DNA of 63,626 nucleotides, the filler included, from Rhabdomonas costata (Eukaryota), in the NCBI GenBank assembly GCA_019059605.1. It is 44 parts of 44 records of this genome, joined end to end, with 100 filler letters (N's around TTAATTAATTAA, not from the genome) between each part and the next. Parts side by side here need not be neighbours in the genome. Positions count along the whole stretch, not along the records: positions 60,831 to 62,178 come from JAHMHO010018622.1; positions 62,279 to 63,626 come from JAHMHO010018623.1; 42 more parts are not named here. One strand, written 5' to 3'. The translations under genes were made by a program, and so were the position numbers. Below, piece after piece: positions 61,577 through 63,626 of this stretch. Under the pieces are notes generated by a model that worked only from the letters and a program-made list of their open reading frames with translations, made no database searches and had not been told where the DNA came from. Every line of letters starts with the position of its first letter. The first letter of the stretch is position 1.

Positions 61577-61909
61577 ATGGGGGCCAAAGTTTCCACAGAA
61601 AGCCTTGAGGCCAACCCCTTTTTGCAAGGCCTTGCGAACCCCTCCGTGTGCCCCGCCTTGGAGGACTCTACGGAGTGGTGGGCTGCGGGGTTTCGGTCTC
61701 TGGTGCCCTTTCACCTCCCGCTGCTGCCCACCCCGCAGCTCTCAGCGGCTTTGGACCCGTTCCTGCAGAGCCTGGTGGCGCACAACCACGCCACCCAGCG
61801 CTGCGTGCGTGTTTTGGAGCAGTCCGCGGCAATCCTGCGTCGCGGAGACAGCCTTCTTTCTCGGATGCAGCTGGAAGTAGAGCCCCTTTCCGTTCTTATC
61901 GCCAACAGG
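61577..61909 (+). CDS. DYM: Dymeclin-like protein, first coding exon
   Basis: MGAKVS...NPFLQGL...EWW...FLQSLVAHNHATQR resembles the dymeclin N-terminus (MGxxxS; NxYLxxL; FW; SLVxNNxxT). GTGAGG donor at 61910. Confidence 0.65.
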
Positions 61910-62949
61910 GTGAGGGTTGTTGGCATTCTGATTTTCTGTACGCTGATATTTCGGTGTCCTTCGGTGCCACTACTATCGTCGCAGAGGGAAGGCAGCGTTT
62001 CATCTTGCGCTGTGGGAGAGACATTGCTGCTGGGTGTGTTCTCGCGGTCATCTCCTCGGGTCCCGTGGTATCCAGTTATTCAAAAATATGTGCAAAAATA
62101 GCTTGCCTCTGTCGTGTCGTTGCACCGAAGGACACCGAAATATCAGCGTACAGAAAAGCAGAATGCCAACAACCACCCNNNNNNNNNNNNNNNNNNNNNN
62201 NNNNNNNNNNNNNNNNNNNNNNTTAATTAATTAANNNNNNNNNNNNNNNNNNNNNNNNNNNNNNNNNNNNNNNNNNNNGGTTTGGGGGGTGTAACCGGTC
62301 GCACTGGACCCGGGGTTTGATCTGCCACACTGCCCCGGGTGTGACCGGGCGACCGGTTACACACTGTCGTGGTTGTTATGCTTGAATATGTCAAGTGTCA
62401 TATACAAAAATATGGAAATTATCATTGCTACGATTATTAGTGCCGCGCTTTTCCCTGCAGTCTGCTTTGTGGTGGCAGAACATGAGGACGGGGCTTTGCC
62501 AATTGTTTTAAGTCAGCAGAAATGGAGCAGATCTTCTGCGTGAAGCCGTCGTCGTTGGAGTTTCAGGTGCTCTTTCAGGCCACTTCCAAGCTCGTCTCGG
62601 AAGCAACGGCGTCTTCGACTGATGATGCAGCACGTTTTGAAGCCCAGGAGATAAGGTCAAGGAAATGGCCTTCCAAAGAAGGCGGAACTGTGCTACTGTT
62701 CCGATCGGTTCTCTCGAGGGCGGGATCATCCATACATGCCCATGGGAGTTACGGTGTGCGAATTAGAGCTGTACATGTAAGAGGTACTAGCACGTTCGTA
62801 GAGGTGCAAGGGAGAAGATTGGGGCTCCTGGGTCAAAGCACATTCAGAGTACAAGGACCTGGAAAGAGAAAAGTAAGTGGGCACTGAGCATTTCGAAAGC
62901 GCCATGTTACAGCGGTGTTGGCATATGTGCTCATTGCTAGTGGGTTGTG

Positions 62950-63500
62950 ATCCAACAGGTGCGTACCCGGCTACGTTTGCATCGACGGAAACAAACGGCA
63001 CGTCAAGGAGCATTGCGTATTGTATCGGCACCCAGGATAAGGCACATTTTAACCTTGACTTGGATTTGCGGTGATGACTGACGAGGAAGTTGAGCTTGAG
63101 GAGTGCATACTGATCGACAGTACAACGTCTTTCCCGGTTCGGGTGGGCTCAACGCGAGGCACTGAGTGACAGATGGCGCGCGGTACTTCCGCAATGCATT
63201 TGCTCTTGCAATGCATCTGCTCAAGACTCTTTGCACAAAGTCTGTATCGTAGCAGCAGATAGACCATTGCCCCAAAAGGTAAGCAAGATGTCCAGCTGGA
63301 GATGTGCTATTTTTATGGTAGCGATTCCCTCCACAGAAATGCTGGAAAGTGCTTTCCGCCGTGGACGATGCATGGACGATGCGAGGATGAACCAAAAGGG
63401 CCGAGTATTTTATTCAGACGTACGTACAGGAACTTACAGGGTGGCAACTAAAATCTCTGGGAGAAAGAGCACCTTCGGCATCTTGGGTGCGAGCACGTCG
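62950..63500 (+). pseudogene. Possible degenerate MULE-like DDE transposase
   Basis: Frameshifted ILIDST/YNVFP, DGARYFRNAFALA and EYFIQTYVQELTGW resemble MULE DxTY, PxAFAL and YFxxxY...W motifs. Many stops. Confidence 0.35.
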
Positions 63501-63626
63501 ATTTCGCTGGTATACACTGGCAGCAGACCCGGCAATGGAACTTTGGGTAAATAACGCCGACTTCCAAAGACGGCAGTCGCACAGACGAGTTCAATCGGGA
63601 AATCCGTTCAGCGTGACACACCAAAA

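Noticed and set aside
1350-62278. Regularly spaced TTAATTAATTAA at a period of about 1448 bp, read as a repeat array, CRISPR or nanochromosome structure
   Set aside because: Always embedded in N44 on both sides. It is an artificial six-frame stop linker, and the period reflects size-sorted contigs.

Overview
This window is not a contiguous locus. It is 44 short, unlinked contigs (mostly 1348-1349 bp, range about 1343-1354), apparently size-sorted, joined by 43 identical 100-bp spacers (N44-TTAATTAATTAA-N44). No linkage can be inferred across a spacer. Most contigs come from an intron-rich eukaryote with GC-rich exons and GT-AG introns. A euglenozoan-like protist is plausible from the adenylyl cyclase type, but this is inference. 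Recognisable gene fragments: a Piwi-clade Argonaute C-terminus, a U-box exon, SCP2-type thiolase, CD2BP2/U5-52K, a PTB/hnRNP-L RRM, a rhodanese, a class III adenylyl cyclase, SMC3, succinyl-CoA ligase alpha, NSF and dymeclin. Decayed mobile elements include two copies of one Penelope-like retroelement family, a Ty3/gypsy RT, and weaker MULE, non-LTR and integrase relics. The most interesting items are: (1) an intronless protein with exact 39-aa helical repeats resembling OPR/HPR RNA-binding repeats; (2) an AT-rich giant-virus-like contig with a zinc-finger helicase, intergenic hairpins and a head-to-head pair of paralogous Cys-containing ORFans; (3) five Tyr-to-TAA changes across the two Penelope-like copies; (4) a diverged inverted repeat covering a 5' splice site; (5) a Piwi lacking the last slicer His. 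G/T- and C/A-rich contig ends and terminal fold-backs look like library artefacts. Family calls rest on motif recognition by eye; no searches were run.
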